Below are positions 1 to 14,163 of a DNA stretch of 64,000 bases, one piece after another. Position numbers and translations under genes: made by a program. Every line of letters starts with the position of its first letter. Positions within the stretch are counted from its first letter, which is position 1. Origin of the DNA: Camelus dromedarius (Eukaryota); contig NC_087437.1 of assembly GCF_036321535.1 (NCBI RefSeq), positions 21,454,001 through 21,518,000 on the forward strand, read 5' to 3'. Below the pieces are notes generated by a model. The model made no database searches, was not told where the DNA came from, and saw nothing but the letters and a program-made list of their open reading frames with translations.

Positions 1-240
1 TCAACATCATTATTAATTATGCAAATTCAATCCACGATGAGAAAAACCACACACTTATCTCAGTGGCTCAAGTAAAAAATGCTGTCTGACAACATCTAAT
101 GCTGGTGAGAATGTGGAGAAACTGGATCATTCTTTCGCACTGCTGGTGGGAATGTTACATGGTGCAGTTCCTCTGGAAAACTGCTTGGCAGCTTCTTGTA
201 AAGATATGGCTCATTTAAATTGGAAACCTTATTCATTTTC
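1..240 (+). mobile_element. Old L1 ORF2 3' fragment
   Basis: atgcaaatt...gctggtgagaatgtggagaaactgg...tgctggtgggaatg...tctggaaaac, typical L1 motifs. Confidence 0.75.
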
Positions 241-1717
241 TAAACAAAATAGATACCTGTACAGACATAGCCATTTTATTTTAATAAACCAAAAGTAATG
301 TAAAGTGGGGGAGGGGGGCGGACAGTGGAAACCAAGTAACAGAGAATTTCAGAAACATCTCATTCTGCAGGTTCCTGCCTCTAACATTGCCATTCCCAAG
401 CTCATCTGTGCATCCCTCTAGGGACAAAGGTCCCCTGGGAATATGATGACTAAATAGCCAGTGACTGAGAATAGACGCTGGTACCAAAACAGTTATAGCT
501 CTGAGGACCCAAAACTTAAGAAACCAATGTGATTCCTGAAGCCTCTTTAACTTCTTTGGGGTTACCCATTTAGCCTGGTTTTAACCAGACAACCTGGCTT
601 TGGGTATACAAGATGATAACTCTGGGACCAGATAGTTCCAGGGTGTGTTTGGGATTTTAATTCTAATTGAGAACCATGCTATAAATTTCCCGAAGGAAAT
701 AAGAATCCTCTGGGGTAGATTCAAGCCTTCTAGGCTTATCTCTGGGATGATCTGGAATTGCTTAAAGTTGAGGAACTCCAGCTATGTCTCCCCTCAAAGA
801 ATTTTAAAATGATTGCCAAACTCCTGAGCTAGATTATTTTTAATTAAAGACTACTCATCAGCAGGAGTGCCTTGCAGAAGGGGCCATTTCTGAAGTATCT
901 TCCCTCTAATACCAGAGTCTTTGGCATTCTTAAGATTCAGTCTGTTAGTCACATGCGGTCAAGTACACAAAACCTGTGAATGGAAAGGCGCCGGTTGTAC
1001 CTTAGAAAGTTAATATAACTATGTGTGTCTCCACACAAATACAGATACAAGTATACAAACATATGAAGAATTTTAAAATAAAAAAGTATTAGGCTTACAG
1101 TTCTTATAGCAAAGTAGTCCTTCTTAATCCAACAAAACACATTTTGCAAAAAGTGTAAGCTGCTCCCTATCCAAAAATGTATGTAACATCAATATGTAAG
1201 ATCAAAGATAAAAAGTATACGCAAAAAGAAAGTTGCACTTATAAACACAAAGTAAAAATTCATGCTACAAATATGAAGGCACAGAGTCAAGTTCTGCAGA
1301 AGTAGACACAGTTTCTGCTTTCAGGAAACTTCTAGTTTGGTGGAGGCTTGGACAGAGGCAGATAAAAGGAGTGATCATCTCCTTTGTTCAGAGATGGAAC
1401 AGAAACAAGAAGGCAGATCAAATCAAAGATGATCTGCAGACTACACTAATTCTATACTGAAATCATAAACTCACTCATTAAGGCCGCAGAGGATACAGAC
1501 CTGGGGGTGGGGGTGGGTGGATAAAAACAGCAGAAGACAATGACAACATGAGATTTTTTTTTCTTTACCTCATTAACCAGCAAAGTATGAAGCTCTATTT
1601 ATCTTAAGAGACTACCACTTCTTTTCTGCGAACAACCATTTCCTAGGCAGAGAGAAAAGGAGTATGATAGACAGTCTACATTCATTGAGTCTTCAATTTT
1701 CTTCCAACAGACTACAT

Positions 1718-1925
1718 CAGTGGTTCTCACCTGGGGCCACTGTCTCCCATGGGACATCTGACAGTGTTTGGAGACATTCTGAACCACCATAAGGAGAGGA
1801 ATGCTACCAGCAGCTAGCAGGTAGAGGTCAGGGATCTGCTAAACATCATCCTATAATGCACAGCACCCCAAAACAAAGAATTCTCTAGCCTCAGTTGTCA
1901 ATGATGCAGAGATTGAGAAACCATG
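1718..1925. mobile_element. MER20-like hAT DNA transposon
   Basis: Termini cagtggttctca...tgagaaaccatg; internal ggagacatt, gctaaacat, aacaaagaatt motifs. Confidence 0.75.
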
Positions 1926-4213
1926 TCATGGCTGGACATACAAAAATTTAAAAATCAGTTAAGTTTACAGTATAAAAGCAATTAGTACCACTCTAAGGAT
2001 TGTACAGGAAGATTCCTCTCCTTGATAAGATAGCTACAGACCTCTTAAAAACTCTGATAGATCCATAGTGACAAAATAAAATATGCCGAGAAATGTTAGC
2101 ATAGAATTTTTTTTAACTTGAATTATTAGCATACACATGAAAAAAAAACTGAAAGATAGGATGATTTTTTTTTCTCAGTTGATTTTGATAACGAACAGTT
2201 TCTACAACCACAAAAGCAAAAGTGGACACATTTCTGATTTAGGTAAAATCTGACAAAGGACTTAATAAACTGTGTTACTTAAAAAAAAAGGCCAGAAATA
2301 TTAAAAATAAACATTAATTTCTAGGGCAACAGAAGAAAAAAAATTTGCCACTGATTTTTGAGATGCTCAATTCCAGTGAAAGACATTCAAAGGTATTTTC
2401 CCACATTATCTAAAGGCTTTTTTTCCTTTATTTTGTGGTTTTATGAGTAGAAAGAAGAATGCAGAAAATAAATGAACCAACAAACTTTCAAGTATTAATA
2501 ATGTTACAACTGAGCATATCCCAATACAAAAAGACAGTTATTTCCTATGGAAATCATACCCATTGAGAAGCAGAATCTATAAGAAATAGTAAAACGAAGT
2601 GGCTTCCATATGAATTTGATAAGAAAGCTTTTAATTGGCCACTAAGCTTTGTAAACAACGTGGAAAGCAGAAAGAATGAAAACAAGAATAGATATTATCT
2701 ACATAAGGGGATCTGACTTATTAAACAAAACGCCTACACTTAACAAAAATATTTCCGAATCTTAATATCTATTACCTGTCTGAAATGGGTATATACCACG
2801 GCAACAGCAAAATTCCCTACAACAGTCACCTCTTAAATTACATTATTACTTAACAGCTAGCTCTTTAACAGTAGGACTTTACGTGATAAGCCTGACCCAG
2901 AGAGAAATAAATACATTATTGCTGCAAATCTAAAGTGAATCTAGCTCACAAGTATGGAGGGGCGAATAACATGAGAACAGGTTGGAAGGTGGTCAACTTG
3001 CCTTAGGAAAATGTTACCCGGCCTGATGCCACACCCAGCTCTTACACCTCCTACCTTGTTTCCAGCAAGGGAATCTGCACGTGTAGAATCTTCCCTGCTC
3101 CTCTCCGTGGGTGTCTGGCTCGGTGGCCAAGGGGCAGTCACTAGCATGAACACACTCCCATCACCTCTGGCAGCTACTCCCTTGCACAAATCTCAGAGAG
3201 ATGAGTAGAGTGGAAGAAAAATGAAAAAAATACCTGGGTAGGTAAAATACCCCAACGAAGGCAATTCTTCAGTCACCAGTGAATTAGGTCACTTCCGTTA
3301 AACTAAGCCCTGTCAGTTAGGCACTTGATAAAAACAAAAGATGTTTGTGTTAGCATCTCAACAAATAAGAGGGAGGACAGGGGAAGAAAGGCAAGATTTA
3401 TATTTACTACCTGCACTTTGTAAAAAAATGGGATGTTAATACTTTAGCCAGTTTTTGAAAGAAATGCTATTTAAGAAGTAAAGTCTAGCCTTTTCTTGTT
3501 CCTTATGAATCAATACCCTTTTGAGTTTTATTAACTACAACTATTTTTTCAGTATTAAAGAAAGCTCCAATTTTTGGTTAAATAAGGAAAAATTAAGGGA
3601 GTTATCTCTTAAGCCCAATCAAGGAAAGAACGGACTACCAAATAAGCCTATCTGAGAAAGACATACTGAGCTCATACTTGGATATAAAATTGAACAATCA
3701 TGGCTTTAAGTGTTTAAAAAATTAGGGCATTAATGTTTCAAAATCCCACATGTCCTCAGTTATTCTTTCTTTTTAGCTATATAGACTTCAAATAGCTCAC
3801 TTAATTTTAAAGAATTAGGGAACACTTTCACATAATTTTGGAGCAAAACACAAATGGTGCTTGACCCAGAACTATTAACTCAGATAGCAAAGAAGTATGT
3901 TCATATTGGCCCAGTATAAAAAGGAGGAGGAGCCGTGACTGTCAAAACATGCTTGGAAATGGCTAATGTCCTTTGGAATTTGCTACAAAACAGGAGATTA
4001 AAAGTTCTGAGGTATTGTGGCCTTACAATCTTACCAAGGTTTAGATTTTTTGAAATGAGGAGTTCCCCCCCCCCCACCAAAAAAAGCAATGCTTTTTCTC
4101 TGGGGTGGCAAAGCTCAGTCTAAATTTCTTCTCAGGCATCGTTGTACCATTATTCTGGAGCTTCGTCTCATCGCACGCCCCAGCCACCAGCCGTTTCCAC
4201 CATCCCGGCAGTG

Positions 4214-4362
4214 CTATAACTTGTGGTACCAGTTCATGGAGCGTCTCACTGCTTTGACCCAGCTGCCCATGCTCATTTCATAGTCTTGCCATTTCTTCTG
4301 TGGCTTGAAAACCATTTCACTTTGCCTCAGTTTCTTTAGTTCCTCCTTGTCAGTCCAAAACC
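4214..4362 (-). CDS. GK5: GK5 exon 16 coding part (149 nt): [49 protein letters not shown]
   Basis: tcatctgtag|GGTTTT; TAG at 4216-4214. Confidence 0.95.
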
Positions 4363-7300
4363 CTACAGATGAAAAAATTTACTCTCAAGTTTTTAAGGCA
4401 ATAATGAGTCCATCAAGTATATCCACAAAGCTATGCAAACGAGTGCTAAGGGAAACAGTTATTCCTGCAGAATGCAACCCGGGAAATTTTGCTGCTTCTG
4501 AATTTTGTTAGATTTATTACTCCTCAGGAATAAATACACCAGGATTTACAAATCTTTTGGTTTCTAACTATCAGCTTTATTTCTGTGTGGAAGGGTCTCA
4601 AATCACTTCTAGAGCAACCACACCCTGTCATTTCACTTCATGACTTGCTACTGAGGACAACAACAAAAAATCCAAGTAAGAAATGGTGTATTTTCTTTTT
4701 ATACAACTTAAAAACACCAAAGATAAATTAAACTTTTTGTCATATATTCTGAGGTAAGAAGCAGCTCCCTAGGATATGTATAACACTCCAAGTTGGGAAT
4801 TAATATAAGAAATAGTTTCTTTTTTAAACTATTGCATTTCATACAAGGCTTTTAAATTCCAGTTCAAGATAAAATTGTAGTTCTGGCATATACTGTTTTT
4901 TTACAAAGAGGATCATGTGATTTATAATTAAAAAAAAAAAGCAAGAAAACACATTTATAACGAAGATCATACATGGTCTGAAATGCTAGCAATGTCTTGT
5001 TAATAAACTTGGTACAAACACCTCATCTAGTCAAGTATTAACCTGTTGACAAGTGTTCAAGACATACATTTTCTCTTACCAATAAGGCTGACACATAAAA
5101 TTCTTTCTTCTAATATTTTCTGATAGGTCACTTTCTTTCTTTTTACAAAATCAGCATTTTAGACTGTCTATATTTAAAGATATTAATTAATTTATAGACG
5201 TTATTAAAAGATTAAAAATAGTTTTTATTAGTATACTATACTTAGATAAATCTACTCATGAAAATATGTTCTCAAAATTCTTATTTTTCAGAATTTATTA
5301 TTTACATACTTTTAAAAGTCATTTTATTAAGTTTGTATTGAATAGGCCCAGTTTCTGGGTGAATTTTGAAAATACAGAGGATTTGCATAGCCTTCAGGTC
5401 TCAAATTTCTGAGAGAGAAGTAATCCAACCAGAAACTTCAGATTGTTCTGAGAAGGTAAAACTGCTCCCTGTGGTTACTGAAGTACCTTTGTATTGAAAA
5501 GTTTTGAAATTAAATATAGACAGAATGAAGGAGATACAACTAAGCCACTGCGTTATGTGTAAGAATAATCTGCATGTGTTTGTTATTTAAAGTATTTTAA
5601 ATGTCCAAGAGAATTTGACGTATTTAGTCTTATAAGGTGATAAGTGTAAATAGAATTTGAATAACCTTATAAATAATATTAGAATGCTTATGAGCATTTA
5701 ACTTACTGTAATTATAAGCTTAATTTATTCATTCTTCAAGAGTTGTCTAAGTACTTGAGAATATTTTTTGCTGTTATAGTTCTGAGTTGGCTCAGTTAGA
5801 CAAGTGAAATTATTAAAAATAAATCAACTATATTAAAAGAGTTGACACACACAAAGGGATTTAAATTTGTAAATGGGAATGATTATTTAAGGAAAAGTTA
5901 TTTTCTTCAACTTGAATTAATCAAACATCAATGAATAAATGAGAGTGACTGTTTCAATTTTATTCAAAGTTAACAGATTTTTAGTAGAATAAAGCTGAAC
6001 TTATCAAGATTTTGTGCTTTTTGGATCTGTAACTTTCATTGCTAAATATTAGCCTAAACTTTTAAGGGTAAAAATATCCTGTTTTGTACAAACACTCCTC
6101 CCTTCCATAGAGGAACACGTGAAAATAGTCCCAGTGTCCCAAGCGCCATCTTGCTTCCTACAGAGCCCTCTAACTGGCCTCCCCACATCACATCCCCTCC
6201 CAACTAATCCTGTCACCAATGGCCAAAGTGATCTGTTCCAATGTAGATCTATCCATGTCCCTCTCCGGCTTAAAATTCTTCTGTAGCTTTTCAATGAATT
6301 CAAGATCAAGTCCAAACTCCTCTTTACGAGGCCACCACAACCACACCTTCATGTACCTCTCCAGCCTCAAGTCTTGCTCTCATCCTACCAGCACTGTAAC
6401 TGGGCAGTACCTTTGCAATGAGCTGCCCTCTCTAGTGGACCACTCACCTCTATCCTTTCGTCATCTGGTTGTCTGCTAGCCTCTTCAAAACTGAATGACA
6501 TGTTGTCTCCTCTGGGAAAGCTCACACTACTAGTTGCTTAATACTACGGCTGTTCACTGGATTTATCACACAAGTATAATGATGGGTTGACTTGTCTGAT
6601 TGCTCCCACTGGAGACTCTCACGGCACGGCAACGCAGCAAGTCTCAAGTGATTATGGCATGTAAACTCTTTATTCCCAGCACTGACTGGGAATAAAGCAA
6701 GTGCTCAACAAATAAATGTTCAATAAATAAAAGAATGGAGTGGTTTCTCATACCAAAGACCAGCTTATCTAATCAGACAGCTTACCCAGAGACATTCCCT
6801 TGCCAAAGACCAGAGCAGCTGAGAATGAATTTTCCTGGCCTCATACTTCTGACTGAAGGATGGAAGAGAGGCAACATGTCCCGCCCACAGAGGAGGTCAC
6901 AAGAGTATTCTGTGAGTGATGTGCTTATGTGTATGGAGTGTAATGGCCTCCAAAGCTTTCCAGACACTCTCCATATTTTTGTGATTTGGGAGGTGAAATG
7001 CCATCTGTAAGAGACAGTCTGCAAGACTGCTCTTGTTCTTGTAAAATCCACACATACCAACAGCAAGGCCCGCTAGAGAAGCTGCACCTACGCAGGACAT
7101 ATCAACGTGGACCGGTCTGTCTATCGTCTCATTAATCAGGTCCGAAGTCATCTGCATGACAAAACTGTTCTTACAAACGCCTCCATCTGCCCTGTGGGGA
7201 GCAAGGCATTTGAGATAAATTACTGCAACAAAAGCATGAAAACATTATTCTTTTTAAAAGAGCCACACAATCTTTTTTAGATCCTTGATTTTATTTTTAA

Positions 7301-10300
7301 AGTTTAACTTTTTTAAATTAATTAAGTTATATATTTAAATTTTTTTATTTGGGGGGAGAGGCAATTAGGTTAACTTATTTATTGATTTGTTTTTAGGGGA
7401 GGTGTTGGGGATTGAACCCAGGACTTTGTACATGCTAAGCATGCACTCTACCACTTAAGCTATACCCTCCCCAAGAAGTTTAACTTTTTAATTTCAAAAT
7501 TATATCACTGAGCATTGATCTGAAGATAGAGGACCTTACTAGGTAATCTTTAAACATTTTTCCTTATTCCTGCCATCAATTTTCCCACCTACCCTGCTTG
7601 TCCTGGGACTAGTTCAGAATAGGCCATGTGAACTAAGCTAACATAAGAATTCATGTGGACATTCCAGCAAAGAAAATTTGATGCTTTCATGCTAAAAGGA
7701 TAGCCACACACCCAAAAAAAGAGATATTAAAGATTTTTCTAGTACATGTAGGGTGTTAAGACCCTCCCAAATTCCACACTGTGCTTTATTTTCCATAAAT
7801 CTAAAATTAGCTTTCCTTCCTCTCCAAATTCCTATGACCAAGTATTTTGCTGCAGAGGACGTAAGCGTAAGTTCTTTTTGAAATCCTGAATAATGATAAT
7901 GCTGAAAATGCTAGGAGCAGCTGCCACTTAATTCTACTTTCTAATTAACTCTGTTAGAAACAAAATTCACATACCGTATTTTTCTTACAGGAATATGGAT
8001 CTCTTTCTGCATCACCTCAAATAATTGTTTGTTTCTAGTTAAAAAAAAAAAACAACAAGATATTTAGAGGCAATTCAAACCATGATAGTTCTCTCCAATT
8101 TGAATAATAAAAACTGTGGTTTTATTTACATGATATTTATAAAAAGATGCCAAAGAAAATATTAATGAAATATTTTTTGCTAACTGAAAGTCAGTAACAG
8201 GTGCTCAAATAAACAAGAGGCTCAAGGCCTCCTGCTTTTCACCTGGCTATCAGAGAACATAACTGTTATATTAGCACTAAATGTAATTTATTACCATTCC
8301 TGCAAAAGAAAATTTAAAGCAAGCATCCATTTAATAGGTAGCTATTAATATGACACACCATAAATAGCATGTAACAGAAATCATCAAATATAAAAATAAT
8401 GGTTTTGTAATCAGAGAAAATACTATTTTAAACATTACAACTGTTCCATTTGCTCCATTCATGAGAGCCGCCTTCTTAACTTTAATAAGCTACACCTGCC
8501 CCATAACAACCAGACTACAGGAAATATACATAAAGAATAATTTTGATGAGTCAATCTTTGAGTGTAACAGAAGCATTAACAGTTAGAATTCTCCTTCATG
8601 AATAATGATATAAAAACCTTTGGAAGTCCAAATTTTGAATCTTTTATGCTTAAGAAACTGGATATCTTTAAAATCATTCCATTTTTCAGATATAAAAAAT
8701 TAAATATGAAAAAAGAGATGGTAACGAAGTTAGCAATAAGAACAGATTATCTCATATACAGTATGATTCAAACTAAAGATATTAATAGTTAAAATTAAGA
8801 AACTTCTTAATTTAGTTTAATAGAAATTAATAAAAGGAAACTGCAGTAATGTATGGGAAGGGGGCAGTTTAAGGGCAGGTTCTGGTACCTGAAAGCTATT
8901 GACTCCAATATTGCTCGTACAAGATGGTATTTAGTGGTGGAAGGCTTCAAACCCATGAAAGAGGCACATGCACACGGGTCATTTAATGGAGCCTAAAGTG
9001 AGAGAGTAAGAATATATTATTATTGTTCTAAATTATGTCCACAGACTTGAAGACATATCATACAATAAAAACGGGGGGGAGGGTATAGCTCAGTGATAAA
9101 GTGTGTGCTTAGCATGCACACAGTCCTGGGTTCAATCCCTAGTATCTCCATTAAAATTAATTAATTAATTAATAATCAGTTAAAAACCTAATTTACCTAC
9201 CCGTACCAATTAATAATAAAATAAATTTTAAAAACCACAAAGCCATGTTAGAAAAAAAAAAGCTTATTTAGATATAAGTAGTTTTAACATAAATGACAGC
9301 CCCCAAATGACGTTAATTATTAGAGTAACTTTTCGACAGAACTCAAGCAAGGCTGAGTCACAGTTATTGGACTGAGCTGGATCTTTCGTTTGTGCCCATG
9401 CCAAGAAAAGGGACTGAAGCCCAGAGTAACAAATCATGAAATGCCTCGCTTTTATATATGAGGGAAATGAACAGTAATGCTAGTATTTCCTCCTTTCTCC
9501 AACGGTTAAGCATTTATACTGAAATTATTTCCTACGTAGAGTGGTTTTCTGAGGATGTAAGTTAAACTTAGATAAAACTATACTGTAAAAAAGGTGCTTC
9601 TCAGTGTCATAACGTACACTCAATATTGTGACAGACTCTCAAACTAAACTCTTCTATTTCTCTTATTCTTTTGGGGGAGGTGGGGAGATAATTAGATTTA
9701 TTTATTTACTTATTTAACGGAGGTACTGGAACCCAGGACCTCTTGCATGCTAAGCATGCGCTCTACCACTGAGCTATTCCCCTTGCCCCATTTCTCTTAT
9801 TCTATTCTCTCTTCTCTTTAGTCTTATTGCCTAGTATCAGAGGCAACCCCGTATGACATCTGCTTTTAAAAGGCCATAATCTTGAGCTGGAATTATGTGT
9901 TCGTCAGATGAAGTTTGTATTCATCTTTGCATCCCTGGAAATGCAAAACGATTCTGGGACATGGAGATGAGACACAGAGATCTCTGCCAGAGCCTGCTGT
10001 CTCACAAGGAAACACAGAACAGTTCCAACACATGGCAGAGGGACATGCTAGTGCTGTCGGGAAATGATGGTCCCCAGGAAAAGTACCTTGAGCTTCAGGG
10101 CTGTGACACGTCATCTCCTCAGCTGGAAAACTTTCTACCACGCCTCCTCCTAGTTAACCCCACTCCCCTCCCAAATCTTGCCTTAGCTTCCTCTGGGAAA
10201 ACTCCAAACCCCATAGTCTAGATAAGGTCCGCCATTATACATTTTTGGGAACCTGTAACTTCCCATCATGTCATGTGCCCCAGTTTATAATCACATATAT

Positions 10301-13300
10301 TTGTGTGATCGTTTGTTGAAACTCTATTTTCCCCGCTGCGCTGTTAGCATCGCTGGTGGAAACTCATCTGACGGGTTACAGTGTGTCTCCAGGGCCTAGT
10401 GCTGTACCTGGCCCCTCACAGGGGAGCAACACACACTTGGTGAATCCATGAACAAACAATACTTTCCCTAATGTCTTAACTGAAGAACTTCTCCGTTATA
10501 TCTTATCTTTACAGTAGCCATGATTTTCCTCCCATTGTGATTTTATCTTAGTAATTTTTCAAATTTATGAACACCTTTTGGTGATTCACTTAGGAAAAAC
10601 TGACTTAGACAGTAAACATACCAAAAGGTATTCCAAGTGTAAAACACTGTAAAACAAAGATGGGTCAGACTAAGCCAGTTCAATTAGTCCCCAATAATGT
10701 GCTATAATTTGTTTTTCTGCATAAAAATGACTTATACCACATAAAATCCTGGTATAATTGAACTGAAATCACTTTTGTACAAATAGCTATGAACATAGTT
10801 TACCAATAGTAACAGGCCAACTTGAGTTGGTGATAAAGTCCATGGAAGAAACCTACAAATTTCTTTATAGGTTACAATGTCCCTGCATTTGTTAGCCCAA
10901 GCCAGTCTCAGGGATGATAAGGTAGGAAAAACACTGGCAAGATCCCTTTAAGGGCCTGGTCACAACTTGCCAGGGCAGACAGCCTCCAGCCACACCTCCA
11001 ATCTGTCACTGCCAACCCCACCAAGTGACCTTCCCAGAACCATCAACCAGCTAGGAACAGCAGGACTCAGCAAAGTTCTGTTTGGCACCTTGAGCAGAAC
11101 CAGCAGACTCTGGCCCAGGGCACAGACTACCTGCTCCCCCGGCCCTGGTCCCCACTGGAATCTCAGCCTAATCTACTGGGGACCTGCAGGATGATTAATG
11201 CCACCGTGCCTCTTGTCCTAGACCCTAAACGTAAGTTCCTCTGGCCCCAACTGTGTATCCCCATCATCAGAATATTTTATGCTATACCATGAAACAATAC
11301 AGCAGAGCTGTTAAGGATCTGGACTCCAGAGTCCAGCCCTGCTGCTCACTATCTGTGTGACACAGGGCAAGTGATATAACAGCTCCAAAGCTCAGTTTCT
11401 TCAGCTTCACAATGGGATGAAAAGAGTTACCTTCTACTTTTGTTGGGTTACAGAAGACTGAATGAGACAACGCATTTGTAAAGAATTTCGGACAGTGCCT
11501 GAGACATTAGTCCATATTCACAGGTTATCTGCCACTCCAATTTTTATTTTACTGTTATTTTTCACCCAAACCCTTCCCACTACTACTCACTGTCTTCATA
11601 ATGCTTTCACTATGCCTTCTGAACATTTCCTTCTATTGTAAATAAACTCCCCTAACCCTCAAACCACCCTGAGACAGTCTCTGCACTTATTTTGTGGTTA
11701 GTTGCTATAACAAACTTGGCTCTGTGCTGGGCAAATGACTTCAGCTGTCGCTATTCAGTGGAGGGTCCCCAGGCTTGCATACCACAAGGACCAGAAGGAC
11801 ACTGTGCAAGCCTTCCCTGACCACAAGTGGTCACTATGCATCTACTGTCAGCAGACATGTCAGTCCACATCCACATCATGCTTTATCTCCCTTTGCCCTT
11901 CCATGGTGCAGACGTCCCACAGAGCTAGAGGAGGAGTTCACAGTATTTGCTGGCCAAGGAGGAAGGGATTCTCAGGAAACTGCTTCAATCCTTGTCTAAA
12001 GTAGCCCTGTTTCATGCTCTAGTCCCACTGCCACCATCTCAACCGTAAGGAGGGGTGAGCACAGCTGACTCAAAGGCTATTCAAAGCTTGAAAAGACAAG
12101 GTGGTCCAATCAGATTCCCTCCCCTGGAAATCTGAACCAGGAAAGACCTCAGAGGGCACCCGTGCTAAAAGGACGCACAAGGTGGAAGAAGTCTGTGCCT
12201 ACTTCCAAATTATGACAAGGAGGAAGGTTAAGGAAAATCATGACGATTCGAAATTATGAGGACGAAAGGACACAGAGCAAAGCTGGTAAGGAGAAGAGGA
12301 AAGCACACCCACAGAGAAGCAGAAACCACAAAGAGGAACACAGAACCGTACAGTCAGTACAGAGCATTCCTTTCCATCCCAGATGCTCAGGAGGATGTGA
12401 ACAGCCAGCTCCTCTCAGGAATGGCTTAAACAAGCCTGTTCCTTGCAAACCCAAGAACCCTCATTGGAGCATGACTCCTCAAGCTCTGAAGACTGGCACT
12501 TGGCTGCCTGTCCTGTCCCTCCTACTATGGCCGTCATCACAGAAACTTTAACGTCAGGTGAACGATCGCCGATTCCTGCTTCCGATACCTGTCACGGATG
12601 CTCTACGCTAGTATCCCCTTCCCAATCCACCCGCCCTGCCAGACAACGCCACAACAGCCGCACTAACTGATGCAGTCCCGTGTACTGCTCCCACGCTGCA
12701 GACCAGCCCTCTGCCATTCCCTGCAGTGGCTGTCCCCGCATTCCCCCTCTCCTCAAAGTTCCTCCCATGCCCCTTCCTCAGCTGATGCCCTTGAGAAATA
12801 GGCTGTTAGGAGCCTGAGGCATCCTGCCCGCCATGAGCCACGGCTGTAACAAGGTTCTAACATGAAAGGCAGTGTCACAGATGCTGGATCCTTCCTTCCT
12901 GCCATTCTCCTAGCCTGCACGTTCTCTAGTTGTTGACATTGGCTGCTCATAGGTGATCCTCCCCACTGTTTTCCAAACAGCTTAGTATCAACACACTATT
13001 GTTGTCTGAGTTCACTTTCAGTTTCCAGTTAAGAGTTTCATTTCACACCAGGAAATGACAGGCCTGCGGTCCTCCACCACCCCACCCAACCTCAACATAC
13101 TGCCAGGGTGCAATCATGGCAGGACAGGGACATATCGTTATCAACATGGCATTAAAAACTACATCTGTGACAGTCCTGTCTAACTTTTTGGACTTTAGCA
13201 ATACTCTGGGTTCCTTTATCAGATATTTTATATTATTTTTACAGGCATATGAGCTGGTAGAGAAGTTAAAAGCAGAGTTGCCACGGTAAAGTCACTACTA

Positions 13301-14113
13301 GGTTCCCCCAGCACAGTTTTCATAAAAAGAAGAATCCATAGGAACCTAATTAAACTCTACCTTTGCTGATGACAACTATTCACCTAACCTTCGTCCTTAA
13401 ACCTCAATCAGACAAATATTCTTTTCTCCTTGTCTTATCATGGGTGCTATTTAGTTGCCTCACGTCACCCTGAAGAGGATGCAATGCAATCTCTACACGT
13501 AGTTTATAAACTTTTAGTCCTTAGAAAAAAGTACATAGAAGGAGATTATTAAAGATATTAAAAGAATGCTCATTTTAAAGCCTAGATTGAAAATCTGGTA
13601 TTTTTAGAGATTTAAAACACCTGATCTATTTCTTTCTCATTGGGTTCTACATCCTATTACCTAAACTCTCAAATTTTGAATTTGTTGTAACTGATTGCCT
13701 GAGTATGGAATGGACTAGACAGAAGGTAAATTTTTATTTTTCGAAAGAAAAAAAACTTGGAGGAAAATTAAAAGAACTAATTCCAAAAAGGGGGGGATTC
13801 TGTTCTTAATGATATACCTAAAAACAGATTTTATTTTTTATTTTTTTTAATTTAAATTGAAATATAGCTGATTTACTGAAAGTAGATTTTAAGAGTCTTC
13901 ATAACAATATGCTAAAATTGAAGGCAGTATTAAAGATCTTTCAATTAAATACAAAGTTAAATATTACAAAATCAAATCTTTTATTGGGTTCACATTTTTT
14001 TTCGATTTATTGCTCAATCTGAGAGTTTTTCCAAAACCAATTAATTTTTTTTTAATTGAAGTATAGTCAGTTACAATGTGTCAATTTCTGGTGTACAGCA
14101 TATGTCCCAGCCA

Positions 14114-14163
<50 letters not shown>

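Larger units (their letters stand above)
1..4213 (-). other. GK5: Probable GK5 3' UTR / downstream region with candidate AATAAA signals at 3527-3532, 2427-2432 and 275-280
   Basis: Follows the stop codon; AT-rich; tttatt on + at those positions. The true 3' end cannot be read from sequence alone. Confidence 0.55.

Noticed and set aside
9073..9150. tRNA-like heads with A/B boxes (also in the other nine copies)
   Set aside because: They carry SINE tails and TSDs and are diverged, so they are SINEs and not tRNA genes.
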